Of a DNA stretch of 64,000 bases, positions 29,213 to 41,324 are shown one piece after another (position 1 is the stretch's first letter; each line of letters begins with the position of its first letter). Origin of the DNA: the human T2T-CHM13v2.0 reference genome, Homo sapiens; NCBI RefSeq assembly GCF_009914755.1, contig NC_060928.1, one strand, 5' to 3'. The notes under the pieces were generated by a model. It was not told the DNA's origin, did no database searches, and worked only from the letters and a program-made list of their open reading frames with translations. The translations under genes were made by a program, and so were the position numbers.

Positions 29213-29556
29213 GGCGAGTCACAGTGGCTCATGCCTATAATACCAGCACTTTGTGAGGCCTAAGTGGGAGAATCCCTTGAGCCCAAGAGTTTGATACTAA
29301 ACTAGATGACTTAGAGACAGCCCATTTCTTAAAAAAAAAAAAAAAAAAATAGCAGGACATGGTGGTGTAATGCCTATAGTGTTAGTTACTCAGGAATCTG
29401 AGGCAGGAGGATTGATTGAGCCCAGTAATTTGAGGTTGAAGTGAGTTATGATTGCACCACTACATTCCAACTTCAGAAACACAATGCGACCCTGTCCTGA
29501 AGAAGGAGGAGGAGGAGGTGGAGGAAGAGGAGGAGGAGGAGGAGGAGGAGGAGGAG
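29213..29556 (+). mobile_element. AluJ-like element with (GGA)n tail
   Basis: Diverged Alu dimer (cttgagcccaagagtttg, gattgcaccactacattcc) followed by GGA repeats at 29503-29556. Confidence 0.8.
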
Positions 29557-29564
29557 AAATAAAG

Positions 29565-30114
29565 TGATATGGAAGAGAGGCAGGGAACTGCAGGGAGGAG
29601 AAGAGTGGGTCCCTGGCAAGAGCTCCACCCTTGACATGTGCCCAGGGACCTAGGTGAGGACAGGCACTCCCGCTCTTATGCCCAAATGTTGCATTTCCCA
29701 AGACCACACTGCCCTGCCGTGCCCCCATCATGTACCTATAAAAAACCCTGAGACTCTAGAAGGCAAGCACACAAGTGGCTGGACGTCAAGAGGAGTGGAT
29801 TAGCGGAAGAAGAAACAAACGGCTGGACGTCAAGAGGACGTCCAGGTGAGCATGCAGGCAGGTCATCAACTGGCAGAACAACGTGGAGTTTTGCTGGAGT
29901 GATTGGAGAGAAGCCTGACTCCAGGGGAAAACCGTCCCCTTTCTGGCTCCCCCATGTGCTGAGAACTACTTCTACTCAATAAAACCTTGCACTCATTCTT
30001 CAAGCCCAAGACAATCCCATTCTTCTGATACACCAAGGAAATAACCCCAGATACAGAAAGCCCTCTGTTCACAAGCCATCTAAGAACTGCTAAACTAAAA
30101 GAGCATCGCATACA
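29565..30114 (+). mobile_element. Solo ERV1 LTR (LTR1-like)
   Basis: TGATATGGAAGAGAGGCAGGG start; cccaaatgttgcatttcccaagaccac; TATA (cctataaaa); aataaaaccttgcactcattcttcaagcc; 3' end approximate. Confidence 0.7.
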
Positions 30115-31233
30115 GTGCAGAAGGAAACCAGGCAGGGAGAGAGGTTCAGATGCTTCTTCCACCATACAATATAGTAATAACCAGCTTTCTAACATGTACA
30201 ACACAACTTTGATATTTTAATATTTATAAAGCAATTTTTAGTTTTATATCCTGTATAGCATTCTTATAATCACCTATACTAATTTTTTGATGCAAATGTG
30301 TAGTTACCTTTAAAACTCAGATAGCAAGTAGATGTTAAAACTTGTAGATTATACTCTAGTTTATGAAGATTGCTTGATTGCTAGATTATACTCTAGTTTA
30401 TGAAGTTTGCTTGGTAATTCCAACATCAGTACCACATGTTGGTACTAGGCATGTACTACATGGCTTAGCTATAGCAGACCATATAAACCACTGCTGTCAA
30501 TGCTTTGGATTGTGCCATTGAAGAGTTAAGAGCCAGCAGAATGAAATTTAGCATCATCGCGATTTTGGAATATTTTCAACAGTCCTATTATTAATGAACT
30601 GACAATCAGTCTTTTCTACATTTAAATAATTTCCAATGGTAGCAAATGTGATATTATTCTGGATATATGTGATAAATGTCATTTGAATTTTTTTCTTGGA
30701 AACAGTGCTTAATAATTTATAATCAGAAAAAAATTATATGTGCTTTTTAAGCAGATTAATATATTTCTCATACATAGATGATTGATAGATTTGCTTTCTT
30801 TGTAAATCATCAGATATGAGAATGTAACTTATGAAACAAGTGAATGTAAGTACTTTTACTCCCATTTCTTAGCTTTAGAAATGAAAAGCTTAACATTATA
30901 TTTGGAAGATGAAAATGAATGTAGTAAATGCATTAATAAAAAAGGTGTTGACCATTAGTAATTTGTTACTCTTCTTTACACTGGGATTATGTCTGCCTAA
31001 TGATTGCCTAAATATTTCAATTTTTCATTTATTATCTCAATATCTAAGTCACTATGTATAAAACATCATGATTTTATTTAATCTGATTTAATATAAAATC
31101 AAGTCAAGGAAATGTAGTTGTTCTGTTCACTTCAGTCTTCTAGTAGTTCTCATTACTTAACCTGCCTCGTCCTCATTTCTTTATCAACTATATGGAAAGC
31201 ATTTAAGTAGGTAATCTCCATCTTTTTAGAATT

Positions 31234-31254
31234 TTTTTTCTTCCTTTCCTTTTC

Positions 31255-31289
<35 letters not shown>

Positions 31290-31570
31290 GACGCGGAGTC
31301 TCTCTCTGTCACCCAGGCTGGAGTGCAGTGGCACGATCTCCGCTCACTGCAACCTCTGCCTCCTGGGTTCAAGCAGTTCTCTGCCTCATCCGCCCAACTA
31401 GCTGGGATTACTGGCGCCCACCACCATGCCCGGCTAATTTTTTTATATTTTTATTAAAGACAGGGTTTCACAATCTTGGCCAGGCTGGTCTTGAACTCCT
31501 TACCTCATGATCCACCCGCCTCGGCCTCCCAAAGTGCTGGAATTATAGGCGTGGGCCACCGTGCCTGGTC
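31234..31570 (-). mobile_element. AluS element
   Basis: Poly-T tail then the Alu reverse complement; TSD CTTTTTAGAATT on both sides. Confidence 0.93.
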
Positions 31571-31634
31571 CCTTTTTAGAATTCTAACAGACATGCTCTA
31601 ATTTGAATTTGACTCATAAAACAAGGTTCTTTCT

Positions 31635-31860
31635 TTTTATTTTTTTTTAATTTTTAAGTTCAGGGGTACAAGCGCAGGTTTGTTATATAGGTCAACTTGT
31701 GTGTTGGGGGTTTGTTGTACAGATTATTTCATCACCCAGGTATTAAGCCAAGTACCCATTAGTTATTTTTTCTTGATCCTCTCCCTCCTCAAACCCTCCA
31801 CTCTCTGAAAGGTCCCAGTGTGTTTGTTGCCATCTATGTGTCCATGTATTCTCATCGGTA
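31635..31860 (-). mobile_element. Short L1 3' end inserted at the pseudo-exon 4 acceptor
   Basis: ttttaagttcaggggtacaagcgcaggtttgttatatagg...gatcctctccctcctc. Confidence 0.85.
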
Positions 31861-34800
31861 GGCTCCCTCATCTATATGGATCTATGGAAATTTGATGACA
31901 GGAATTCAGATACCTTAGTACAATTACTCGGCTGTACAAGTGGGTAGTCCAGAATAACATTCTTGGTAAGACTCTGAAGAATATATTTTGAAAAATTAGG
32001 CAACAGCTAATCAGGATAAATATAGTACAACAGAAAATTTCTGATTCACCATTTATTATTTAAAAACTCAAAAATAAAATCTTACTTTTTTTCATTTATG
32101 TTCCAGTCCTGCAGAAAAATATAATAAGCTACAACAGTTGGCATTTTATTATACACAGTCAAATTTTTTATGGCCTGAAAAAAACTACCTTTATTTCACG
32201 TGTAGTTACATCTCACGAATAATTTTTCAGTAATTTTCTGGGTTGTCTGTCTCCTAATTCAAATGTTACATCTACCCTTTCTCCTAATAGCTAGATATTT
32301 CAAATGCAACTGAAAAATAACAGCCCTTCTGCTGTTATTTTTAATAAACAGCCATAGAGTGACTGCATTTTCTATGGGAATAAATTCCCAGTCTTTATTA
32401 TGAAGTGGTAACACATTTTGTGATGGAGTGTGGCCTGTCCTTCCTCTCTTCAAGCATCACCACCACCCCACTCCCTGCTGCCCTAGACACCATGACCTAT
32501 CACACTCAGTGACTCCATTATTTCTCTAAGAGAACATGTTCTAGCATGCATCCTGCTTTTGGGGGGCTGGAGTGAGGGATATACAGTTTTCCTTATCCAC
32601 AGTGTGCTCTATTTGTCCACTTGACAATCCTGTATTCATTCTTCAAGTCACATACCACTTCTTCAATGTGTAGTCTTCACTAACCGCCCCAGAGGACTTG
32701 GTGATTTTTTCTCTGAGATCTGAAAGTAATTTTAATGCAGTTTTACTGTTACAGTAATTTGTTATCTAGAGAACACTGCCCGTTTCATTGAGCATTGCTC
32801 ATTTTAATTTTAAGACTCATCAAGAATAATTATTCAAAAATTTAACTTAGGTCATCTAAAAACCAAAGCTTTTATACCTCATGGTGGAGCCAATGACACC
32901 TATGAGAGGATTTACCATGGGACCCCTATGGTGGGACTTCCTTTGTTTGCAGATCAACCCGGCAAGTTTGTTCACATGAAGTCTGAGGGGGAAGCTGTTA
33001 AGAGTAGACTCAAAAACAATGTCAACTACAGATTTGCTCAATGCATTAAAAGCAGTCATTAATGACTCTTCATGAATGTAATTTTTTTAACTACATAGCA
33101 TGTATTGATAACTTCTCACATGAAGGCCAAAGAAGCAGCAATGACTCTAAACGTGAACACAATGCTGAGTACATTTATTTTTGGTAACGCTTAAAGGCAA
33201 TCATCAATAAACCATTGTGAGTATCACAATCTGTTTTTTTTGGTGGTTTTAGTGGAAACATTTGTCAGAGGTTTTAGGATAGTACATAAGTTTTAAAGTA
33301 GCTAAAAAGTGAAATAAAAGGAATTGCTGAAGATGGTAACAGAAGGATTATAAGGAAGACCGAGAACAAAGTTGAAGAAAAGAAGCATGAATATTATTAC
33401 TGCACTGACTAATTTTCAGCACAGTTATGAGGGCCTTTTAGGATGAGATCTCATCAAATGTGTCTTTAATTTTTTTTTTTTGTCTATTGAAGGTATAGAA
33501 AGTGATATTATGGGATACAAATACTTAGTCAAAAGGCTACCATAATGAAGCAAATAAACACGTCCATCATTTCACTTTAGTTACCCATTTTTCCTTGTTT
33601 TTAAAACTCTTGTAAAGTAATTTATTTTCAGTAAATTAGCCTGACATAATCAATCCCTAATTCCCATTATATTTAATGCTTTCAAAATTTTTATGCTAAC
33701 ATTTTGATCCCATCACTGATAACTTGTAAACAACTAGAGCCTTCAAATTTGCCTTTAAAGATTATTGGAAAAAGAACATACTTTATAAATGTAGCCACAT
33801 TCTCTGTTCTTATGGTTGTGGTTGCTTTTGCTTATTTGGAAGCTTCATAAAATCAAAAAATAATTGGCTTGAAAGAGATAGATTGGAATATTCCTGTTTA
33901 ATAGCCAAAATGTCTGAAACCAGACTTATAGGATTTCTAAATTACTTCAGTACATAAATTAATTTCAGTTTAGCTATTACCATTATATTGGTAATATTAT
34001 AAATTTTAATACATATAATGCTGTGTTGAAAAATAAAGATAATTTTTAATTAGTTGATACCCATTGAATGTATATGAAATGACATGTATTATATTGGTAG
34101 TTTGTATTATGTAACTTCTTGGTTATAGTTTTTCCCAATTGTATTAAAATATATATATCAGGATTAATTCCCTCCTCTCAAAAACACAGTCTTCATACTC
34201 TGTTTTTTAAATATGAAAAAGAGAAGTTACCTCCATTGCTATTGCTACAGTGCCATGCTTTAGCACTTTTTGGTTTTGACTTGCTAAGCCTTGTACTTAT
34301 ATTCATCCTTATTCCTTGATTATTAGTCCATAATTATTTCAACACTCGAAATAAATGGAACTACAATGCCTTGAAGTAAAATATAAAGCACCACGTAGAT
34401 TTTAAAATCACAATGCAAGAAAAACTGTAATAATAGTGAACATTTACTGAGAGTCTCTTTATGATGAAAATAATTCTACCAATTATCCCAAGATATCATT
34501 CTTATTCATTCAATTTAACAATAAAAAAAAAACTAGGAACAGATACATTTTCAAAAAAAAAAAGACCAGTAGATATCAGTTCATGATTCAAACTAAGGCC
34601 ATTTACTTTTACACTTTTGATCACTAATTCACTAATACAATGTCAATACTAATTCCTGATCAATGCCAACTTATCAGCTTTGCCCTGACATGAACCTGAA
34701 CCTTGTCATAGATTTGTATCCTTTCTCTAAACTTTGATACTATTTTGAAATTTGCACACCAGGTTCATTACAATTTCATTAATGGCTAATTCAACCTCTG

Positions 34801-35638
34801 TACTCTCAAATGATTTCTTTTTATCCTTTGGACTTAACTAATTTTAATTTCTAGGATAGAAATACTTGCTCTCTTAAATTCTCTTTTCACATCTTGAAAT
34901 CTTATGCATCCAACAAATTCTAACCCATAAACCAAAATCTCTGTAACCACCAGGAAATAAAATATTTTTTCATCCACTTTTATGTGGCACTAATTTTTAA
35001 CATCTACACAAAAATTTCACATATTTATATTTTATATTCTATATGTTTATGTCTATTTGATTTTCCTTTAGCTGTAAAGAGAACGTTATATGGTTATCCA
35101 TCATTCATTATGATCAGCTTATGAAGCCCATGGACCAAACAGTCTTCTGGATCAAGTTTGTCATGCGCCACAAAGGAGCCAAATACTTGCTGCCACCTGC
35201 GAACAACCTCACCTGGCTCCAGTACTGCTCTCTGGTTGTGCTGGCCTGCGAGGCAGTTTTTACTCTCTTTGTCATAATATGTTGCTTGTTTGATTATCAA
35301 AAGTTTGTTAAGACCAGAAAGAAAAAAAAGAGAGAGTAGCACTGTTTGAGATCTAAGGCAGGCATGATAGGGAAGGTCATGACATTTAATGCCACCACTA
35401 TTCATCAAGGTGTGGTAAAATTCTCCTCTATATTTCACAAGACTTGTGCCTTCCTGATTTATTTAAATATTTTACTCTTTGTTAAACATTAAGTAATATA
35501 CAATTTTAATTTCAGAAAACCTAAAATAACTCAATTTTAATGCCTGCTTATGTATATTTCTAAGCTGAAAAAAAATGAGATTCACTGGAAACTCAGGCTG
35601 TTTATTTGAGGTCAGGAGTAGTGTGTTTCTAGAAACAC

Positions 35639-36958
35639 AGTGCAGTCTCTCTAGATTATAATGTTACATGATTTCTCTCCTGCAATAAGATCTCACTATT
35701 TCTTGGCCTTAATTTGTCAAGTCAGACATTTCTGACTTCTTAAATACCTGGAATACTGAGGATACACAAACCAGAAATATATATAATCATTTACTTATTC
35801 TCCCCTCATAACATGGAGAATTGTAGATGGAATAAAGAGCCAAATATCCTGTGCAATTTTTAGAAACCTCTTTTTATTTTTATTTTATTTTATTTTTTAT
35901 TTCCAACATTTATTGTAAGTTCAGAGGCACATGTGCAAGATGTGCAGGTTTGTTACATAGGTAAAGAAAACTCTTCTGTATAAACAAATACAATGATACG
36001 GATTATATGTGTCCCTGTCAAGAAAAACAGTGCAAGATCCTTCTTAAAAATGGCAAGACAAATTTTATTCTCCCTACTGAAGTAGGAGATAGAGACTACA
36101 ATACAAATTGAGCTCAACTCTAACTAAGACAAAGGTAACTGAGGCTTGGCTTTTAAAGAGAAAACTGATATGAATAAAATTGAGGAAAACAAAAAGGAAC
36201 TAGTGGGTTATATGAAAATGGAAAATTACATAAAAATTAAGTGGGAAATAAATGAAAATTATTAGGCAAGGTGGGTTAGGCAGTGTATGTTTTTCAGTTT
36301 GGCAGGATCACATTATTTTGAGCCAAGACCTACCATGAAAGCTAGGGTGGTCTTTAAAGACAAATTTATGACCTAGTGCACATGTAAGCTAAGCTAAACT
36401 TGGCCAACTCTCTTAACATTGTGATTATTCAAGTCTTTTGTGTTACATGGGAGTTTAAAATTCAAATCCTTCATGAAATACAAAATATTTGTTAATGGGA
36501 ATGTTCTCTTTCAAAATTATAGATGGTTGTGACTGACTTCCTATCCAAAACTATGCAACCTAGTAAAATCCTTGGTTAGAAAGACTAAAGATGTTTTCCA
36601 CATGAGACATTGAATGTGCTTGAGTTACTATTTTCACTTTAGTAATGACCCTTTGTAACTGGATAATAATACACAAAATAAAATACGAGACAATTCCCTT
36701 TAGTTAGGAATTATAGATACGGTCCAGCAAGTTTAGTGCAGTCTCTCTAGATTATAATGTTACATGATTTCTCTCCTGCAATAAGATCTCACTATTTCTT
36801 GGACTTAATTTGTCAAGTCAGACATTTCTGACTTCTTAAATACCTGGAATACTGAGGATACACAAACCGGAAATATATATAATCATTTACTTATTCTCCC
36901 CTCATAACATGGAAAAGTAAATTGTAGATGGAATAAAGAGCCAAATATCCTGTGCAAT
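35639..36958 (+). repeat. Near-identical direct repeat of about 220 bp (35639-35857 and 36735-36958)
   Basis: AGTGCAGTCTCTCTAGATTATAATG...CAAATATCCTGTGCAAT present twice with only a few substitutions and small indels. Confidence 0.95.
35872..35965 (-). mobile_element. Very short (about 90 bp) L1PA 3' end
   Basis: T-rich tail plus taagttcagaggcacatgtgcaagatgtgcaggtttgttacataggtaaa; TSD-like agaaacctctt / agaaaactctt. Confidence 0.8.
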
Positions 36959-39630
36959 AATTTTTAAAGTCTATGTTGAAGAAAACATAATAAATGGCAA
37001 AAAGCTCTCCAAATCCTGCCTTTAAATATTGGTCATTACAGCCTCTGGATTCAGAAAAAGGTTTGCAAAGCAAATCACAGAGAAGAAAGAAACCAACTTA
37101 AAAGCAGTTCTTCTGTCTGATAAGAGATGTACCTGAACAATCGGATGGAAGAGAGGCATAACGATCATTTCTAACACATGAAAAAGATTTTTACAGTAAT
37201 CTTTTCTATGAAAAAATAGTTTTAGCTACAATTGGTAATAAAACAAATTATTTTAATATCTAGAAAAGAAATATACACTGAATATTTTACTTTATTAAAC
37301 TTTGAACATACAGTCATGCCACTAAAAAGAAAGAAATAACAAAATGCAAGAAAAGAAAAAAAAAGTAATGCATACATGGGCTTTAATTATAGTAATGTCT
37401 TTTTTTTAAAGAGGGAAAAACTTATATATAAATGTTAGTCTGAGGCAATAATGATGCTCAACATGTACTACAAAAAGCTAAATTCTAATCTGTTTATATT
37501 TTCTTAATGAAGTATCTTCTGAAAATGTATCAGAATATACTTTCCTAATAAAGTATATTCTGAAAATAGATCTTCTTTGAAATTCTTAGACCATATATGC
37601 AGATACATGATTCTATGTCTATCCATGAGTGAACAAATAACTTTCACTAGTTTTATTTTGAGAAGTCTTTTCACATAAAGTGATATGTACCTATATATTT
37701 AGGAAAATATGTGACTATGAAGATATACTTGATGGAGAGTCATAAATATGTCATAGTAAATTGAATTACAAAAGTTGCAATAATATGATGTATCTGTTTC
37801 TTGGAGATTGATTCTACAAGCTTTTAAATATCTCAGCAGTTAAAACATTTAAACAGAGAAACTCTAAGCAATCACATAGAATGATATAATTGATATAACA
37901 TTCTTGATATTTGTGATTTTTTTAGAATTTTGAATATGCTGCTTAAAGACAGGGATATTCAAGCACCACAGAAGTTGAACACAAAAATAAAATAATTGTA
38001 CATTTAATCTTCAAAATAACATATGAAGCGGAATCTATCTATGTCAAGGACAAATGGTTTATGTAGGAGTTTTCTGAATTAATTTCTATGCAGAATGCAA
38101 TATTTCTTAAAAGATAAAACAAATGTGCTATTAGAAGTTTTCTTCTTACATTCTTTAAGCATATTATTTAGTATTTTTAAGTATATTCTTTTACATACAT
38201 ATTCTTAAATTACAACATTAATGATAAACATTACTGAGTACCTAAAGAGTGGGTCCTTGAAAGGGATGTGCCCTCCTACATCAACCACGTCACTATTACT
38301 CCAGTGTCCTCTATTGATGAAGCTTAACATTCAACTAGCTGGCAAAGGAGGAATGCTTACAGGATCCTGATTCAGTATCATAAACTGTATTTGCATCCAA
38401 GGGACAGTAAATTGAACACTGGTGAGGCATAAAATTTCAAATTTCTCATTTGTTACTATCCTAAAAGTTGTACCCTTGGGCACTGAATCTTGGTAAAATT
38501 TGGATGAGTAGGAGGCATGACTTTCTTTTGAAAATAACATTTCTGAAAGTGGGGGCATATAGAGGTTCTGACAAAGATGAGCTTAGAGTTGGCGCACTGA
38601 GTCCACAGTTTCACTGGTGGTCACTTGCCTGATGTCCAAATGTATAATAAGAATTGAGCTACTAGCAGGTTGGATTTTTGTTTCAGTAGTTGCTAGCTCA
38701 GACTTGGTTAGAGGGAGTCTTGTTATGCTGGGCCCATGCATACCCATCACTTGTCATCACACTATTCACACTCCCAACAAACCAGCACTGGAGTCACCAG
38801 TTATGTGGTGCTTTACCTATGATGGATACTAATTTTTACTAATTAAAAGCATATGAAGATATATCATTGATTTTATTGTTAGTCCCTAATTATTAAACTG
38901 ATTAATCACTTTTTGTGTTTATCATCCAATCAGAGTTTTGTTCATGTACTGCACTCATTTTTTCAAGTGATATTTTTTATTAGATTCTTCTTTAGTATAG
39001 AGACTTTATCAAGGATGAATTCGTTATTCATAAGAGATCCAGAATCCTAAGTCATCATCACCATGGCTCAGAGTGACTAGCAAAGAAACAAAATTAATAA
39101 AGGTCAGGTAAACAAGTAAAAATTAATGAATAATCCTTAGATAAGGTAAACATTGCAGATGGATTGATCAATAATAATGAGGACATGCAGGTTGCAAGAG
39201 GTAGAACAGAACAAAATAAAAATTGAGACAATCAGATTGAATCCGGGAATAAATACTTTTAACAAAGCATATAATGTGTAGTTAAGACCAGGAAAACAAC
39301 TAGAAACAAGAGAACTTTGGGAGAAAAGCTAATCAGGAAAGCTTAAATCTAAGGTGTTAACAAGCAACGCTTTTTGATTTTAATCTGTTTACTGGCAATT
39401 TCTAGAGCATTAAGTGATTCTTCTTGAGGGCTATATCAGTCAAGCATCCAGTTCCACTTTCTTTCATGTAGTCAACCAACATTTCATAAAATTAGGGAGC
39501 ACATTTCTGATTTTAAAAATACCTAATTATTTTTGGACTCATCCTTCTCACCTCATCCTATTCTTGTTTTATGTTAGTGACTCTTTCATCTCTGAACATT
39601 TGAACCATGCTTATTTAAAAATCTCATTTT

Positions 39631-39925
39631 GTAAAGGCATGATGGTTCATATCTGTAATCCCAACACTTTGGGATGCTGAAATGAGAGGATTGTTTGGGT
39701 CCAGGAGTTTGAAATCTCATGGACAACACCACGAGAGCTCATCACTACAAAAAATAAAAAAAAAGTAGTTGGGTGTGGTGACGTGCACCTGTGTTCCCAG
39801 CTACTCAGGTGGCTGAGGTGAAAGAATCACTTGAGCTTAGTAGGTTGAGGCTGAAGTGAGCTGTGATCACACCGCTGCACTCCAACCTGGACAACTGAGC
39901 AATGCCTTAAAAAATAAATATAAAA
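39631..39925 (+). mobile_element. AluJ-like element
   Basis: Diverged dimer: catatctgtaatcccaacactttgggatgctg...gagctgtgatcacaccgctgcactcc. Confidence 0.85.
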
Positions 39926-40334
39926 ATTGAAAATCAAAATCTCATTCTGATCGTTCCCTCTATCTACAGTCCTTGAGTGCAAATCTTCCAATTGTGTGTG
40001 ACTGCTTAGTTCCTCATGTAGTTTTCTTGAGGAAATCTTCAACAGGTGTTGCTGTCTGCAACATCCCTCATGTTCTGTATTGTAAGATCATCCCTTCACA
40101 ATTTTTTCAATTGCCTCTGCTGCAATCTAGGGAGATCTCTAGTTTCACACATTTTTTTTCCTTATTTATTTCATAACAGGACTTCACTACACACTGCAGA
40201 GTAAATTTTGTTCCCTAATTTTAGGGACTACGTCTCATAAGTTTTCCTTCCAAAAGTCAGTTTGCCACAGCTCTTACAAGAATCTATTTGCACAATTCCC
40301 TTTGATTTTAACAATCAGTAAACATTCTTCCTTC

Positions 40335-41324
40335 TTTATTTTATTTTATTTTATTTTATTTTTTCTTTTTGAGACAATCTCACTCCAATGCCCAGGCTGT
40401 AGTGCAGGAGCACAATCTCTCCTCACTGCAACCTCTGCCTCCTAGTTCAAGCAATTCACATGTCTCAACCTCCCAAGTAGCTGGGATTACAGGCACCCGC
40501 CACCACATCTGGCTAATTTTTGTATTTTTAGTAGAGACAGGGTTTCACCATTCTGGCCAGGCTGGTCTCGAACTGCTGAGCTCAGACGATCCACCCACCA
40601 TGGCTTCCCAAAGTGCTGGTGAAAGGAGAGGCCAGCTGGGCTTCCTTGGTCTAGTAGGGGCTCAGAAAGCTGTGAAACTCACTCATTTCCTGCATCAGGA
40701 CTTACTTTGGTCCTGGATGAATAATACTGAAGATATATGCTTAAAATATTCCTAACATCAGAATTTATGCATATGTTTTCTTCCCCAAGAAAGCTATAAA
40801 CAGTGAAAATTATCCTGTAAGCTTCCCTGTGAACTCTCTCCCTCTCTCCCTTCCCCCTCCACTAAAACCAAAAGGAATGTTAAAATGTTTTTCTGTGACG
40901 AGTGGACCTTATTATGCTCCCAATTCCAATTCCTTGTAAACATACTTTGTAAAGTCCTGTAAGATCCTGTCTCCTTTGCCATGCCGCTGCAAGAAAGTAG
41001 ATAAAACCTAAGTTACAATTCTAGTTTTCCTCAAAATCTAAGACATGTCACAAAATAATTTACTGCCTTTGTTTCTCGCTCTGGTAACATCTTCCCTCTG
41101 CATGTATTTCCCGCCTTAAAGAGTTTAAAAGGCAACTGCGTGTTCTAATTCTGGCTACCCACTCGGGACCCCTTCCCCACTGTGGAAGCTTTGTACTGTC
41201 ACTCTGCTCAATAAAGCCTACAGCTTTTTTTTTCCCCCTCTCGGTCCAATTATTTGCTATGGCTAAGGCAAGAAGAACTTTTGCCATTATACTGGGATTA
41301 CAGGTGTGAGCCACCATGCCTGGC
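40335..41324 (-). mobile_element. AluS split by an LTR insertion (40335-40619 and 41292-41324)
   Basis: (TTTTA)n tail; ...cccaaagtgCTGG [LTR] CTGGgattacaggtgtgagccacc. Confidence 0.9.
40620..41291 (+). mobile_element. Solo ERV1 LTR (LTR30-like), copy 2
   Basis: TGAAAGGAGAGGCCAGCTGGGCTTCC...GCCATTATA; TSD CTGG; aligns along its length with 17051-17755; AATAAA near 41210. Confidence 0.82.

Larger units (their letters stand above)
28670..35339 (+). pseudogene. 5'-truncated unprocessed UGT2B-type pseudogene: exon 4 (31879-31965), exon 5 (32851-33071), partial exon 5 copy (about 33107-33216), exon 6 (35072-35339)
   Basis: Exon similarity to UGT2B7; intron similarity (28670-29210 to 5180-5730; 30115-31180 to 5730-7610; 31966-32850 to intron 4); exon 4 acceptor lost and 1 bp short; exon 5 1 bp long with donor GT>AT. 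Confidence 0.9.

Noticed and set aside
29390-29731. 113-aa poly-proline ORF
   Set aside because: Antisense reading of an LTR, a (GGA)n repeat and an Alu.
40369-40755. 128-aa ORF
   Set aside because: Antisense Alu fused to an LTR; typical Alu-derived translation.
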